This document shows, in pieces, positions 1 to 7,628 of a stretch of DNA of 35,116 nt (within the stretch, counting starts at the first letter, position 1; each line of letters opens with the position of its first letter). A model generated the notes under the pieces. That model saw only the letters and a list, made by a program, of their open reading frames with translations, searched no databases and was not told the DNA's origin. This stretch comes from a virus (taxonomy: Duplodnaviria; Caudoviricetes): the IMG/VR virus record IMGVR_UViG_3300020045_002986, positions 1 through 35,116 of that record. The stretch is one strand, 5' to 3'. Made by a program: the position numbers and the translations under genes.

Positions 1-34
1 AAAAAAATCCGCAATAAATTAATACTACGGATTT
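1..34 (-). terminator. Putative intrinsic terminator on the minus strand
   Basis: AAATCCG (5-11) / CGGATTT (28-34) inverted repeat next to an A run at the window edge (U-tract on minus strand). Confidence 0.4.
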
Positions 35-86
35 AATTAACTAAAAAAAACTAATTATGAAAAGGCTAATATACAATAATATTTCG

Positions 87-94
87 TAAGTTTG
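87..94 (+). promoter_or_regulatory. Bacteroidota -7 promoter element
   Basis: TAAGTTTG matches TAnnTTTG, 20 nt upstream of ATG 115. Confidence 0.5.
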
Positions 95-114
95 ATAAAC
101 TAAAAAAATAATTT

Positions 115-1125
115 ATGAAAAAAACCTATAAAGCTAAAATAGTATTGAACGCTTTAAAGCAATATCCAAACGCTTCTACAATGGCTATTGCGAGAATAAT
201 ACTAAAAGAAAACCCTTTAGACTTTACTAATTTAGAAAGCGTTAGAACTATTGTAAGAACATATAGGGGAGAACGTAAAAACTTCAAGCCTAAAACAACC
301 GATATTTCAGAACACATAAGAACAGAAGAAATTAAAAAAAACTTTATGAAAAAAACATTTGAATTACCAGAAAGTGATTACGAAAAAAGCGATGCTTATC
401 ATGTACCTAAAGGACAAAATAATATATTAGTATTATCTGATATACACATACCTTACCAAGACAATAAGGCGTTAGAAATTGCTTTAAATTATGGATTAGA
501 AAATGGAGTAAATGCAATTTATTTAAATGGCGATACTGTTGATATGTATCAAGGAAGCCGATTTATTAAAGACAGAAGGCTGAGGGATTTAGCGGGTGAA
601 TTGGAACTTACAAGACAATTTCTTAAAACTTTGAAAGAAACATTTGATTGCCCTATTTACTTTAAAATAGGTAACCACGAGAAACGTTGGGAAGATTATT
701 TAAGATTAAAAGCACCTGAATTATTAGGGATTGATGATTTTAAGTTAGAGCAAATTTTACGCTTTAGAGAATTTGGTGTTAATTTAATTAAAGATAGGCA
801 AATTGGTTATTTAGGAAAATTACCTATTTTACACGGACACGAATGGTTTGCGGGGTTTGCGCCTCCAGTTAATCCAGCGCGCGGATTGTTTTTAAAAGCA
901 AAAGAAAGTTGTGTTATCGGTCACCACCATACAACAAGTGAGCATACAGAAAAATCTTTAGGTGGAAAAATTACTACTTGTTGGAGTACAGGTTGTTTAT
1001 CTGGATTAGAGCCAGAGTATAATCCTTTCAATAAATATAATCACGGATTTGCGCACGTAAAAACTGATAAAAACGGAGATTATACAGTAAAGAACATTCG
1101 TATTATTGATTATAAAATTGTTTAA
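115..1125 (+). CDS. Calcineurin-like metallophosphoesterase with N-terminal HTH-like extension
   Basis: Complete motif set: SDIH, GDTVD, GNHE, HGHE, GHHH. Confidence 0.85.
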   Translation: MKKTYKAKIVLNALKQYPNASTMAIARIILKENPLDFTNLESVRTIVRTYRGERKNFKPKTTDISEHIRTEEIKKNFMKKTFELPESDYEKSDAYHVPKGQNNILVLSDIHIPYQDNKALEIALNYGLENGVNAIYLNGDTVDMYQGSRFIKDRRLRDLAGELELTRQFLKTLKETFDCPIYFKIGNHEKRWEDYLRLKAPELLGIDDFKLEQILRFREFGVNLIKDRQIGYLGKLPILHGHEWFAGFAPPVNPARGLFLKAKESCVIGHHHTTSEHTEKSLGGKITTCWSTGCLSGLEPEYNPFNKYNHGFAHVKTDKNGDYTVKNIRIIDYKIV

Positions 1126-1126
1126 T

Positions 1127-1267
1127 ATGAGCTTATCACCACCACAAAGAATAAACCGAGTGCAGAAATATTATTACGATAGAGGTTGCAACCGTGAAAC
1201 AGTAAACAAAGTATTGAGAAACATTTTAAAAATGAAATATGAAAAAGCACACGCCTCAGGAACTTGA
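1127..1267 (+). CDS. Small hypothetical protein (46 aa, MSLSPPQRINRVQKYYYDRG...)
   Basis: Manually read ORF filling the gap, starts 1 nt after the previous stop. Confidence 0.55.
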   Translation: MSLSPPQRINRVQKYYYDRGCNRETVNKVLRNILKMKYEKAHASGT

Positions 1268-1472
1268 AGAAATATTTTTAGATCTAATAAGTCCGCAAGT
1301 ATTTAGAGATAAATTTAAAAACGATATTGATTTTAAATACTATTTAGACAATAGAAATTTAGAAGAATTAAATACACTTTTAGATAAGTTTACTTACAAT
1401 GAATTATATTTAGATTGTGCTATAATTACAGATTCAATACATAATTATAAACTTAAAAAATTAATGAAATGA
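1239..1472 (+). CDS. Hypothetical protein
   Basis: 77 aa ORF, ATGA overlap with next gene. Confidence 0.7.
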   Translation: MKKHTPQELEEIFLDLISPQVFRDKFKNDIDFKYYLDNRNLEELNTLLDKFTYNELYLDCAIITDSIHNYKLKKLMK

Positions 1473-1879
1473 AAAAAGCAATATTAATAATCCCGTTATT
1501 TTTGATTGGGTGCGCAACGGTTAAAAAAACAAATACAGAAACGGAATTTAAAACCGATAGCAGTGCAAGTGTAAATATTGATGCTACTAAATTTTCAGAG
1601 GGTTGGAGTTTAGAACCTGTTAATTTAGAAAAACCAATTTTGATTGGTGGCAAAGAATATTATAATACAAAGGCTACTTTTACAAATACGAAAGAACGGA
1701 TCATTTATAAAGATAGTACTTCAAAAACAGTCGATTTAAAGCAAGAAAAACAAGAAAAGGAAAAAGACTATACGAAAGTAATAGAAAGCGTCACAACAAA
1801 GCTATTTTGGCTTTTAATAATTATGTTTATGATTGTAATGGTTGTAAATTATTTAAAAAGAAAAGTTCCGTTGATATAA
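1469..1879 (+). CDS. Unimolecular spanin-like lipoprotein
   Basis: N-terminal lipoprotein signal MKKAILIIPLFLIG-C, hydrophilic middle, C-terminal TM helix LFWLLIIMFMIVMVVNYL plus KRK; last gene before the terminator. Confidence 0.7.
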   Translation: MKKAILIIPLFLIGCATVKKTNTETEFKTDSSASVNIDATKFSEGWSLEPVNLEKPILIGGKEYYNTKATFTNTKERIIYKDSTSKTVDLKQEKQEKEKDYTKVIESVTTKLFWLLIIMFMIVMVVNYLKRKVPLI

Positions 1880-1911
1880 AAAAAGCCCTTACGATTTGTG
1901 AGGGCTTTTTT
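1879..1911. terminator. Bidirectional rho-independent terminator
   Basis: AAAAAAGCCCTTAC-GATTT-GTGAGGGCTTTTTT between convergent operons. Confidence 0.9.
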
Positions 1912-1919
1912 GTTTAATC

Positions 1920-2414
1920 TTATTTGGCGTCTAAATCATAATTTTGCAATATAGAGCCTTTTGGCACGTATATAATGTAATTAGTTTTTAATTCGCATAA
2001 AGAAAAGTTATTTATAAATGCATTACTTTTCTTTTCTTCTAACATTTCTAATTTAGGTTTGTTATTTGTATATCTAATATGCGCATCATTTGAACTTATA
2101 CTATAAAGTTTATATCCTTTTTCTTCATTTAGATAAAACGAATAATGCATTTGTTCATTTATATATCCGCTTCCTAAAAAGAATTGCCCTTGCATTTTAC
2201 TTCCGTCTTGAATGCTTTCTAAATCAAATATTGATTTTTCAACCACATAATAACTTGGTAAAACACAAGCGAAACAAAACCCAATAAAAGCGGACAATAA
2301 AGCATTTAAGAAACTAAATAAAATAATTTCTACTATATCTAAATATCCTTCTTTTGTCATTCTATAAATCTCTATTGAAACCCATAAAAAAGTAATAATA
2401 ATAATTGTATACAT
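1920..2414 (-). CDS. Membrane protein with two N-terminal TM segments
   Basis: Hydrophobic N-terminus followed by a soluble domain (GQFFLGSGYI). Confidence 0.7.
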   Translation of the reverse strand: MYTIIIITFLWVSIEIYRMTKEGYLDIVEIILFSFLNALLSAFIGFCFACVLPSYYVVEKSIFDLESIQDGSKMQGQFFLGSGYINEQMHYSFYLNEEKGYKLYSISSNDAHIRYTNNKPKLEMLEEKKSNAFINNFSLCELKTNYIIYVPKGSILQNYDLDAK

Positions 2415-2494
2415 AATCTATTTTTTTTTGGTTTTATAAAGGTCGCCCAAACCTATTTGTTAAATACGCTATTGATTAGCGTGTATTTCTTGTT

Positions 2495-2549
2495 TAAGGG
2501 TGGATATGCGATATAAAGTAGCGCATAGCGATGAGTTATAAGAAATAGC
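2495..2549 (+). repeat. Degenerate attC/attI-like site 1
   Basis: TAAG (in place of TAAC)...GATATGCGATAT / GTAGCGCATAGC imperfect arms (9/12), then G|TTATAAG core at 2535. Confidence 0.4.
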
Positions 2550-2746
2550 TACTTTAGCGTTTCAAAACAACCAATTGCCATACGTGGTGCTTTAATACAT
2601 AAATCCGAAAGGATATCGTCAATTTCTGCAATAGAAATATTTTTATCGTCTTTCATTTTCCAAATTTTTAATCTCGCTTGCATTATTTCTTCGTGTACGG
2701 TCGTGTACAATAAATCTTCTTTTACTTTTCTTAATGTTGTTTTCAT
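2549..2746 (-). CDS. Hypothetical protein carried in cassette 1
   Basis: 65 aa ORF with A-rich start context, lying between GTT core (2535) and TAAC core (2785). Confidence 0.7.
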   Translation of the reverse strand: MKTTLRKVKEDLLYTTVHEEIMQARLKIWKMKDDKNISIAEIDDILSDLCIKAPRMAIGCFETLK

Positions 2747-2770
2747 AATTATATTTCGTTTAAATTACCC

Positions 2771-2904
2771 GCTACTTATTATAACAGCAATTTGTATAAA
2801 TGGCTGGTTTAGTGTGTGTCGGATAGTTTTGTTAATATTCTTTTTTATTTGTTGTGTTTTGGTTTAGTCAACGCCACTTATACAAGTTGCGAAACGTTAG
2901 TAGT
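2771..2904 (+). repeat. attC-like site 2
   Basis: TTATAAC (2779-2785), 18-bp arms 2787-2804 / 2873-2890 (16/18 complementary), GTTAGTAG core at 2896. Confidence 0.65.
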
Positions 2905-3116
2905 TATTGTACCGAAGCGCAATCTTTACACTGTTTGCTACATTTTGGTAATTTCATACAAACCGACATATCACAACAGCTACTAACATTGGCTTTATGC
3001 AATTGCAAGGCTTGGTAATTTTCAGTAAAGGCTATTAACCATTCTACTTTTTCATTTCCAGTCATATCGTTTCTTGATATGAGTTGATTTAATTTTTCAA
3101 TGTTTTGTACGTCCAT
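2904..3116 (-). CDS. Hypothetical protein with Cys-rich C-terminus, reads through the attC-like arm
   Basis: 70 aa; LQLHKANVSS is encoded by the left arm and core of site 3. Confidence 0.6.
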   Translation of the reverse strand: MDVQNIEKLNQLISRNDMTGNEKVEWLIAFTENYQALQLHKANVSSCCDMSVCMKLPKCSKQCKDCASVQ

Positions 3117-3171
3117 AATTTTTGTTATTTTTTGTTATTAATTTTTGCAACTGCATAAAGCCTTTGGCGTT
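2979..3171 (+). repeat. attC-like site 3
   Basis: CTACTAAC (2980-2987), 18-bp arms 2991-3008 / 3145-3162 (17/18 complementary), GTT at 3169. Confidence 0.65.
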
Positions 3172-3403
3172 CCTTCTTATTCCCAATAACTAACTCAAAC
3201 CAAACTCCATCAACTGAATAACCACTAACGGTATCTACTCCTAATATTCGAGCGTATTCAAAGGCATAGTGAACGTGTAAGTGTTTTTGGTTACGTAATT
3301 GGTTTTCAAAAGTTGAGAGTTTAACTCCTATTTTATCGGAAAATTGTTTTTGAGTTAGCCCACTTTGAAAGACTAAATTCTCTAATGCTGTTTTTTTATT
3401 CAT
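3125..3403 (-). CDS. XRE/Cro-CI-type HTH transcriptional regulator
   Basis: GLTQKQFSDKIGVKLSTFENQLR HTH pattern; in the leftward operon. Confidence 0.7.
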   Translation of the reverse strand: MNKKTALENLVFQSGLTQKQFSDKIGVKLSTFENQLRNQKHLHVHYAFEYARILGVDTVSGYSVDGVWFELVIGNKKERQRLYAVAKINNKK

Positions 3404-3404
3404 T

Positions 3405-3557
3405 TTATTTAGTTATTATTGTTACTATTATCAATATTGCTATAAAAGATATTATAGCTAATAAGCCCGCTTTTGCCCATTGTTCTACTTCTTCATTTCT
3501 TGCTTTTATCTTAGCCTGAATTTCGTAATCTATTCTTTGTTTCTCTTCTTGTGTCAT
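3405..3557 (-). CDS. Small membrane protein (50 aa, C-terminal TM)
   Basis: Manually read MTQEEKQRIDYEIQ...AGLLAIISFIAILIIVTIITK; fills the gap exactly. Confidence 0.7.
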   Translation of the reverse strand: MTQEEKQRIDYEIQAKIKARNEEVEQWAKAGLLAIISFIAILIIVTIITK

Positions 3558-3559
3558 AA

Positions 3560-3859
3560 TTAATCGATTTTAGTTGCTTCTTCTATTAGTTGTTCAATAT
3601 CTTGTTTCATATTAGAGTAATCCTCACTTATGTTATCTAGTACATTTTTCAACATTTCAAGCATTTCGGGTGCTTTTGAAATTAATTGAGCGTTGGCTTT
3701 TATTTGTTGTGTGTGTAAAATCCTATTTTTACTTGTTATAAGTTCCGTAGGATAAACTGTAATAGTTTCGCCACTTGATGCAGTTAATCCTATCCATCCA
3801 TTAGATAATTCTGAAAATTCATCTACTTTTAAATCTTTAATTGTTCCTTTAAATTCCAT
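3560..3859 (-). CDS. Hypothetical phage protein
   Basis: ANAQLISKAPEMLEML motif common in small phage early proteins; first gene after the leftward promoter. Confidence 0.75.
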   Translation of the reverse strand: MEFKGTIKDLKVDEFSELSNGWIGLTASSGETITVYPTELITSKNRILHTQQIKANAQLISKAPEMLEMLKNVLDNISEDYSNMKQDIEQLIEEATKID

Positions 3860-3886
3860 AATTAATTAGTTTTAAATATTATTTTT

Positions 3887-3916
3887 CAAAGATAATCAAT
3901 TTATTTGAATACGCAA
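3887..3916 (-). promoter_or_regulatory. Leftward Bacteroidota sigma-70 promoter
   Basis: TTG(CGTATT)-N19-TATCTTTG on the minus strand. Confidence 0.8.
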
Positions 3917-3963
3917 GTAAATTATCAAAATAATTATTTTTATTACTTTTTTACATATTTTAG

Positions 3964-3993
3964 TTGCGTATTAAAAAATAAGTTTTATATTTG
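3964..3993 (+). promoter_or_regulatory. Rightward Bacteroidota sigma-70 promoter
   Basis: TTG(CGTATT)-N19-TATATTTG. Confidence 0.8.
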
Positions 3994-4014
3994 CATATCT
4001 AAAAACAACAAATT

Positions 4015-4317
4015 ATGAAACAATCAGTAAAAACAATAGTAGATAGTATAGAGAAAGAAATTGAGTATATTAAGAAAAATTTACATCTATACGATAATTT
4101 ATTACACGAAAGAGATTTTGAATACGGAACTTTTTATTTTGAAGTTGAAAGTATTAATAAAAAATCAATCGGTGGAGAATGGGACGAAATATTAAATGAA
4201 ACATTTGCAACTATTACGCTTAATTGCGTTGAAGTAACAAACGAAAACAGCAAGACACTTACTAACTTATCAACCGAAGTATTTAACCAATTAGAAACAA
4301 CTTATACAAATTATTAA
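4015..4317 (+). CDS. Hypothetical early protein
   Basis: 100 aa acidic ORF directly after the promoter. Confidence 0.75.
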   Translation: MKQSVKTIVDSIEKEIEYIKKNLHLYDNLLHERDFEYGTFYFEVESINKKSIGGEWDEILNETFATITLNCVEVTNENSKTLTNLSTEVFNQLETTYTNY

Positions 4318-4319
4318 TT

Positions 4320-4484
4320 ATGGACTTAACTAAAAAAATACTAATAACAAACGATTATCCTTCTTACTCAGATAAGAATAAATCAACTAACGAGGTTTTC
4401 AATATGGGCGTTATTAAATCTTTTTATTGGGAAAATGATAAAGATGCAATCGGAGTATGGAAAATTAAACAACTAAAACAATAA
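4320..4484 (+). CDS. Small hypothetical protein (54 aa, MDLTKKILITNDYPSYS...)
   Basis: Manually read ORF filling the gap. Confidence 0.65.
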   Translation: MDLTKKILITNDYPSYSDKNKSTNEVFNMGVIKSFYWENDKDAIGVWKIKQLKQ

Positions 4485-4486
4485 TT

Positions 4487-4708
4487 ATGCAATTCGTAAA
4501 TAAAGAAAGAATAATTGAGGCTTTTATATTAGAGCCTTATACAAGTGATGAAAATGGTTTTGATTTCACACCAACAAGAGGTTGGCAATTACATTTAGTT
4601 TTAGGATATGGGAGTGATGGTTATCCTTTTAAGTCAGTAATTAATAAAGAAACAGAAAAAGATTGTATAGATTTAGCAATTGAATTAGGACTAACAAAAA
4701 CATTATAA
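4487..4708 (+). CDS. Hypothetical protein
   Basis: Tightly packed ORF. Confidence 0.7.
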   Translation: MQFVNKERIIEAFILEPYTSDENGFDFTPTRGWQLHLVLGYGSDGYPFKSVINKETEKDCIDLAIELGLTKTL

Positions 4709-4710
4709 CT

Positions 4711-4893
4711 ATGAGCGTAGAAGTAAACGAAATTGAATTTACAGCGTTAAAGCAATTATCACAAAAAAGGGACGAATTAAAAAAAATAGAAAAAGAATAT
4801 TATGATTACGAAAGTCCTAAACAATATTTAGAAGCTCGCAAGTGGAGAAAGAAAACAGAAAAAGCAATTTTTAAACTAATTAAAGAGTTATGA
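4711..4893 (+). CDS. Hypothetical protein
   Basis: Tightly packed ORF, ATGA overlap with next gene. Confidence 0.7.
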   Translation: MSVEVNEIEFTALKQLSQKRDELKKIEKEYYDYESPKQYLEARKWRKKTEKAIFKLIKEL

Positions 4894-5276
4894 TACTAAC
4901 AGGAAAAGCAAAGGAAGATTTTTTAAAGTGGGTAATGTGGCAATCTGAGTATACAGATAATAGTAATCATTTAATAAGATATGAAGATTCTGAAAGAGGC
5001 GAGTTTTTATGGTATGGAAAAGAAACAGATTTATTAAAAGAAAGTAAATTCTTAAACGCTTTAATTATTGAGTGGTTGGATAGTGTAGGGATTGTTATTC
5101 AAATAGATTGCGGAAATTTAAGATACTCAGATATTAAAGAAACTTGGTACCAAGGCGGTGTATTGGGGTATAAATTTGGAAACACTTTTAAACTAAGGCA
5201 AGAATCCATAACTGAAGCAATTGAAAAAGCAAACGAAATTTACAATAACTTAAACACCAAACAAGATGAAAAATAA
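4890..5276 (+). CDS. Hypothetical phage protein
   Basis: LTGKAKEDF...WLDSVGI...EAIEKANEIYN, a style typical of Flavobacteriaceae phage early genes. Confidence 0.75.
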   Translation: MILTGKAKEDFLKWVMWQSEYTDNSNHLIRYEDSERGEFLWYGKETDLLKESKFLNALIIEWLDSVGIVIQIDCGNLRYSDIKETWYQGGVLGYKFGNTFKLRQESITEAIEKANEIYNNLNTKQDEK

Positions 5277-5418
5277 CATATCAGATTTAGCACCGAAAAG
5301 AAAGTCAGCAACTCAACAAATGTTAGAGTTCGATAAATGGATTGAGAAAATCCAAAACGTACACAGAGGAAACATCCAAAAAATGGGTGATGCTTACGAA
5401 AGATTATTAACTAATTAA
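5266..5418 (+). CDS. Small hypothetical protein (50 aa, MKNNISDLAPKRKS...)
   Basis: Manually read ORF. Confidence 0.6.
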   Translation: MKNNISDLAPKRKSATQQMLEFDKWIEKIQNVHRGNIQKMGDAYERLLTN

Positions 5419-5429
5419 AAATAGAAATT

Positions 5430-5855
5430 ATGAAACAAGAATTTGAAATGCAACAAGAAGAAATGGACAAAATTATTTCTATTAATAAAGCTAATTCCAA
5501 TACAGTTATGATGGTTGGAGGTGTAGATTTTAGTAATAATTTAACGGAAGCAATAAACGCTTACTGGAAATTATTATCTGATAAATATGGTTTTTTATGG
5601 AACACAGTGGAAGGAAGTTCTAAAGGTAAATTATTCTTTTTAGCTGAACCAAAACCAATTGTAGTACCAAAAACACAGACTGAAATTGAAATTGATAAAT
5701 ATATTGGAGCCGCAAAAGGTTATTTGAATTATAACGTAAAGGAATCTTTATTAAAAATCGTGAACCAATTAGAAAGTTGTAATTATGAATGTGAGGCTGG
5801 AGTAATGAAAAACAATATTGCTTTTTTAGCACTAAAAGAACTTTCTAAAATATAA
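5430..5855 (+). CDS. Hypothetical protein
   Basis: 141 aa ORF with A-rich start context. Confidence 0.75.
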   Translation: MKQEFEMQQEEMDKIISINKANSNTVMMVGGVDFSNNLTEAINAYWKLLSDKYGFLWNTVEGSSKGKLFFLAEPKPIVVPKTQTEIEIDKYIGAAKGYLNYNVKESLLKIVNQLESCNYECEAGVMKNNIAFLALKELSKI

Positions 5856-5862
5856 AAATTAA

Positions 5863-6000
5863 ATGAAACTACTTAAAACCATCATCTACCTAACTACTTT
5901 TACTGGAATAGTTGGGTATTTAGAAACTGGAAATCTTATCTACGGAATATTAACCGCAATAGGTACAATCGGAATTATTAAAATTAACTTAAATAAATAG
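5863..6000 (+). CDS. Small two-TM membrane protein (45 aa)
   Basis: Manually read MKLLKTIIYLTTFTGIVGYLETGNLIYGILTAIGTIGIIKINLNK. Confidence 0.6.
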   Translation: MKLLKTIIYLTTFTGIVGYLETGNLIYGILTAIGTIGIIKINLNK

Positions 6001-6005
6001 AAATT

Positions 6006-6449
6006 ATGAGCAAAGGATTATTTGAACTTATGCAAATGGAAGAAATAGAAACAACTAATTTCTTACCAACAAAAAAAGAAGTAGTAAAACAAACTACAAA
6101 TTTTATTACTAACATTTTAGATAGCGGAGAATATAACATTCACGAGCTACTTTCACAATCAAAAAGAGCAAGTGAAAGCCTGGAGGTTATTAACTCGGAA
6201 ATTTTAAAACGTTTGCCTCAGGAAAACTTTGAAGCGTTTGGATTAAAAGGAACGTTTAGAAATGGTGGTGAAAAATTAAACTTTTCAGAGGATCATTTAG
6301 TAGCTGAACTTGAAAAGAAATTAGCACAAAGAAAAGAACTTGTAAAAACTGCTACTAAATCAGATGAGCCTATTTACGATAGTGATGGTGTTGAAGTAAC
6401 AAAAGTAAGCAGCACACAAATAAAATCGAGTTTAAGTATTACTTTTTAA
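6006..6449 (+). CDS. Hypothetical protein adjacent to the recombination module
   Basis: 147 aa ORF with coiled-coil segment. Confidence 0.75.
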   Translation: MSKGLFELMQMEEIETTNFLPTKKEVVKQTTNFITNILDSGEYNIHELLSQSKRASESLEVINSEILKRLPQENFEAFGLKGTFRNGGEKLNFSEDHLVAELEKKLAQRKELVKTATKSDEPIYDSDGVEVTKVSSTQIKSSLSITF

Positions 6450-6460
6450 ATTATTTTTAT

Positions 6461-6566
6461 TATCTTTGAGCATCATTATTCGTGCAGGTCTAATGATTGA
6501 AATATAAAACATTTTAAAAGCTCGATAAAAGTAAGAACTGCACTTCTGAAATTATCGGGCATTTTT
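6461..6566 (+). ncRNA. Promoter plus kissing-loop leader RNA, copy A
   Basis: TATCTTTG; P1 ATCATTA/TAATGAT with loop GTGCAG; P2 GCTCGATAA/TTATCGGGC with loop CTGCAC; T tract. Confidence 0.65.
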
Positions 6567-6578
6567 AATTAAAACATT

Positions 6579-7241
6579 ATGAGTGAAAAATTAAATTTAT
6601 ACCAAAAATTGCACAAAATACAATCGCAAGTTTTGGGACTTGGAAAAGACAAAGCAAGTAACAGTTATCAGTATGTTACAGGAACGAAAGTAATAGACCA
6701 CATCAAACCTTTAATGAATGAATTTGGTTTAATACTTAAGCAAGAAATTTTGTCTATTGATAACGAACGTCAAGATTACTTTACTTCATTAGTTCAAAAC
6801 CAAGAAACAAAAGTTTGGATTGGAAAACCTAAAAGCGAAATTCTATCAAAAGTAATGATGCGTTTTACTTGGATTGACACAGAAAGCGGAGAAAAAGACG
6901 AAAACCTTTTTGGAGCTAATGGTCAAAACGATTGGGAAAAGGGTTTAGGTTCTGCACTTACTTACGCTGAAAGATATTTTTTATTGAAATATTTCCATAT
7001 TGCAACAGACGAAGACGATATTGATAATCCAGAGCGTAAAGAAGAAGAGTTAAAACTTCAAAAGCAACAAGAAGAGGCACAGAAAAAAGAAACCGCAAGA
7101 CTAACAGAAATAAACAAAACTTTAGTTAAATGCACCACAGAAGAAACTTTAAAAGATGAGTTTTTAAAACTATCTGAACAGGATAAAAAAATATTTACAA
7201 AATTAGTAACTGAATTAAAAGAAAAATTAACCAAAAAATAA
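6579..7241 (+). CDS. erf: ERF-family single-strand annealing protein
   Basis: GSALTYAERY...IATDEDDID ERF signature; followed by an SSB-like gene. Confidence 0.85.
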   Translation: MSEKLNLYQKLHKIQSQVLGLGKDKASNSYQYVTGTKVIDHIKPLMNEFGLILKQEILSIDNERQDYFTSLVQNQETKVWIGKPKSEILSKVMMRFTWIDTESGEKDENLFGANGQNDWEKGLGSALTYAERYFLLKYFHIATDEDDIDNPERKEEELKLQKQQEEAQKKETARLTEINKTLVKCTTEETLKDEFLKLSEQDKKIFTKLVTELKEKLTKK

Positions 7242-7248
7242 AAAAAAC

Positions 7249-7590
7249 ATGGAAATTTTAGGAAAAATTAAATTTATTGGAGCAACGCAAGAAGTAAGTG
7301 CAAGTTTTAAAAAACGTGAATTAGTTGTTACAACTGAGGAACAATATCCACAACACATTTTAATTGAATTTACACAAGATAAATGCGATGCTTTAAATAA
7401 CTATCAAGTTGGCCAAGATGTGAAAGTAGGTATTAATTTACGAGGTCGTGAGTGGGTTAATCCACAAGGAGAAACAAAATACTTTAATAGTATTCAAGGT
7501 TGGATAATTGAAAAGAATGGTGAAGCACCAACGCAAAAAGAAGAATTTGTGCCGCCATTACAAGAAGAACACGAGGATAGTCCTTTTTAG
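7249..7590 (+). CDS. DUF3127 OB-fold ssDNA-binding-like protein
   Basis: FKKRELVVTTEEQYPQ...INLRGREW...YFNSIQGW and acidic tail ending EDSPF. Confidence 0.85.
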   Translation: MEILGKIKFIGATQEVSASFKKRELVVTTEEQYPQHILIEFTQDKCDALNNYQVGQDVKVGINLRGREWVNPQGETKYFNSIQGWIIEKNGEAPTQKEEFVPPLQEEHEDSPF

Positions 7591-7600
7591 CAATTAACAG

Positions 7601-7627
7601 AAACCCGTATTAATTGCGGGTTTTTTT
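7601..7627 (+). terminator. Rho-independent terminator
   Basis: AAACCCGTA-TTAAT-TGCGGGTTT followed by a T run. Confidence 0.85.
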
Positions 7628-7628
7628 A

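Noticed and set aside
2495-3171. Inverted repeats read as terminators, a CRISPR array or IS ends
   Set aside because: Loops of 68 and 136 nt with no U-tract, arms differ between sites, no regular spacing, and no transposase or target duplication
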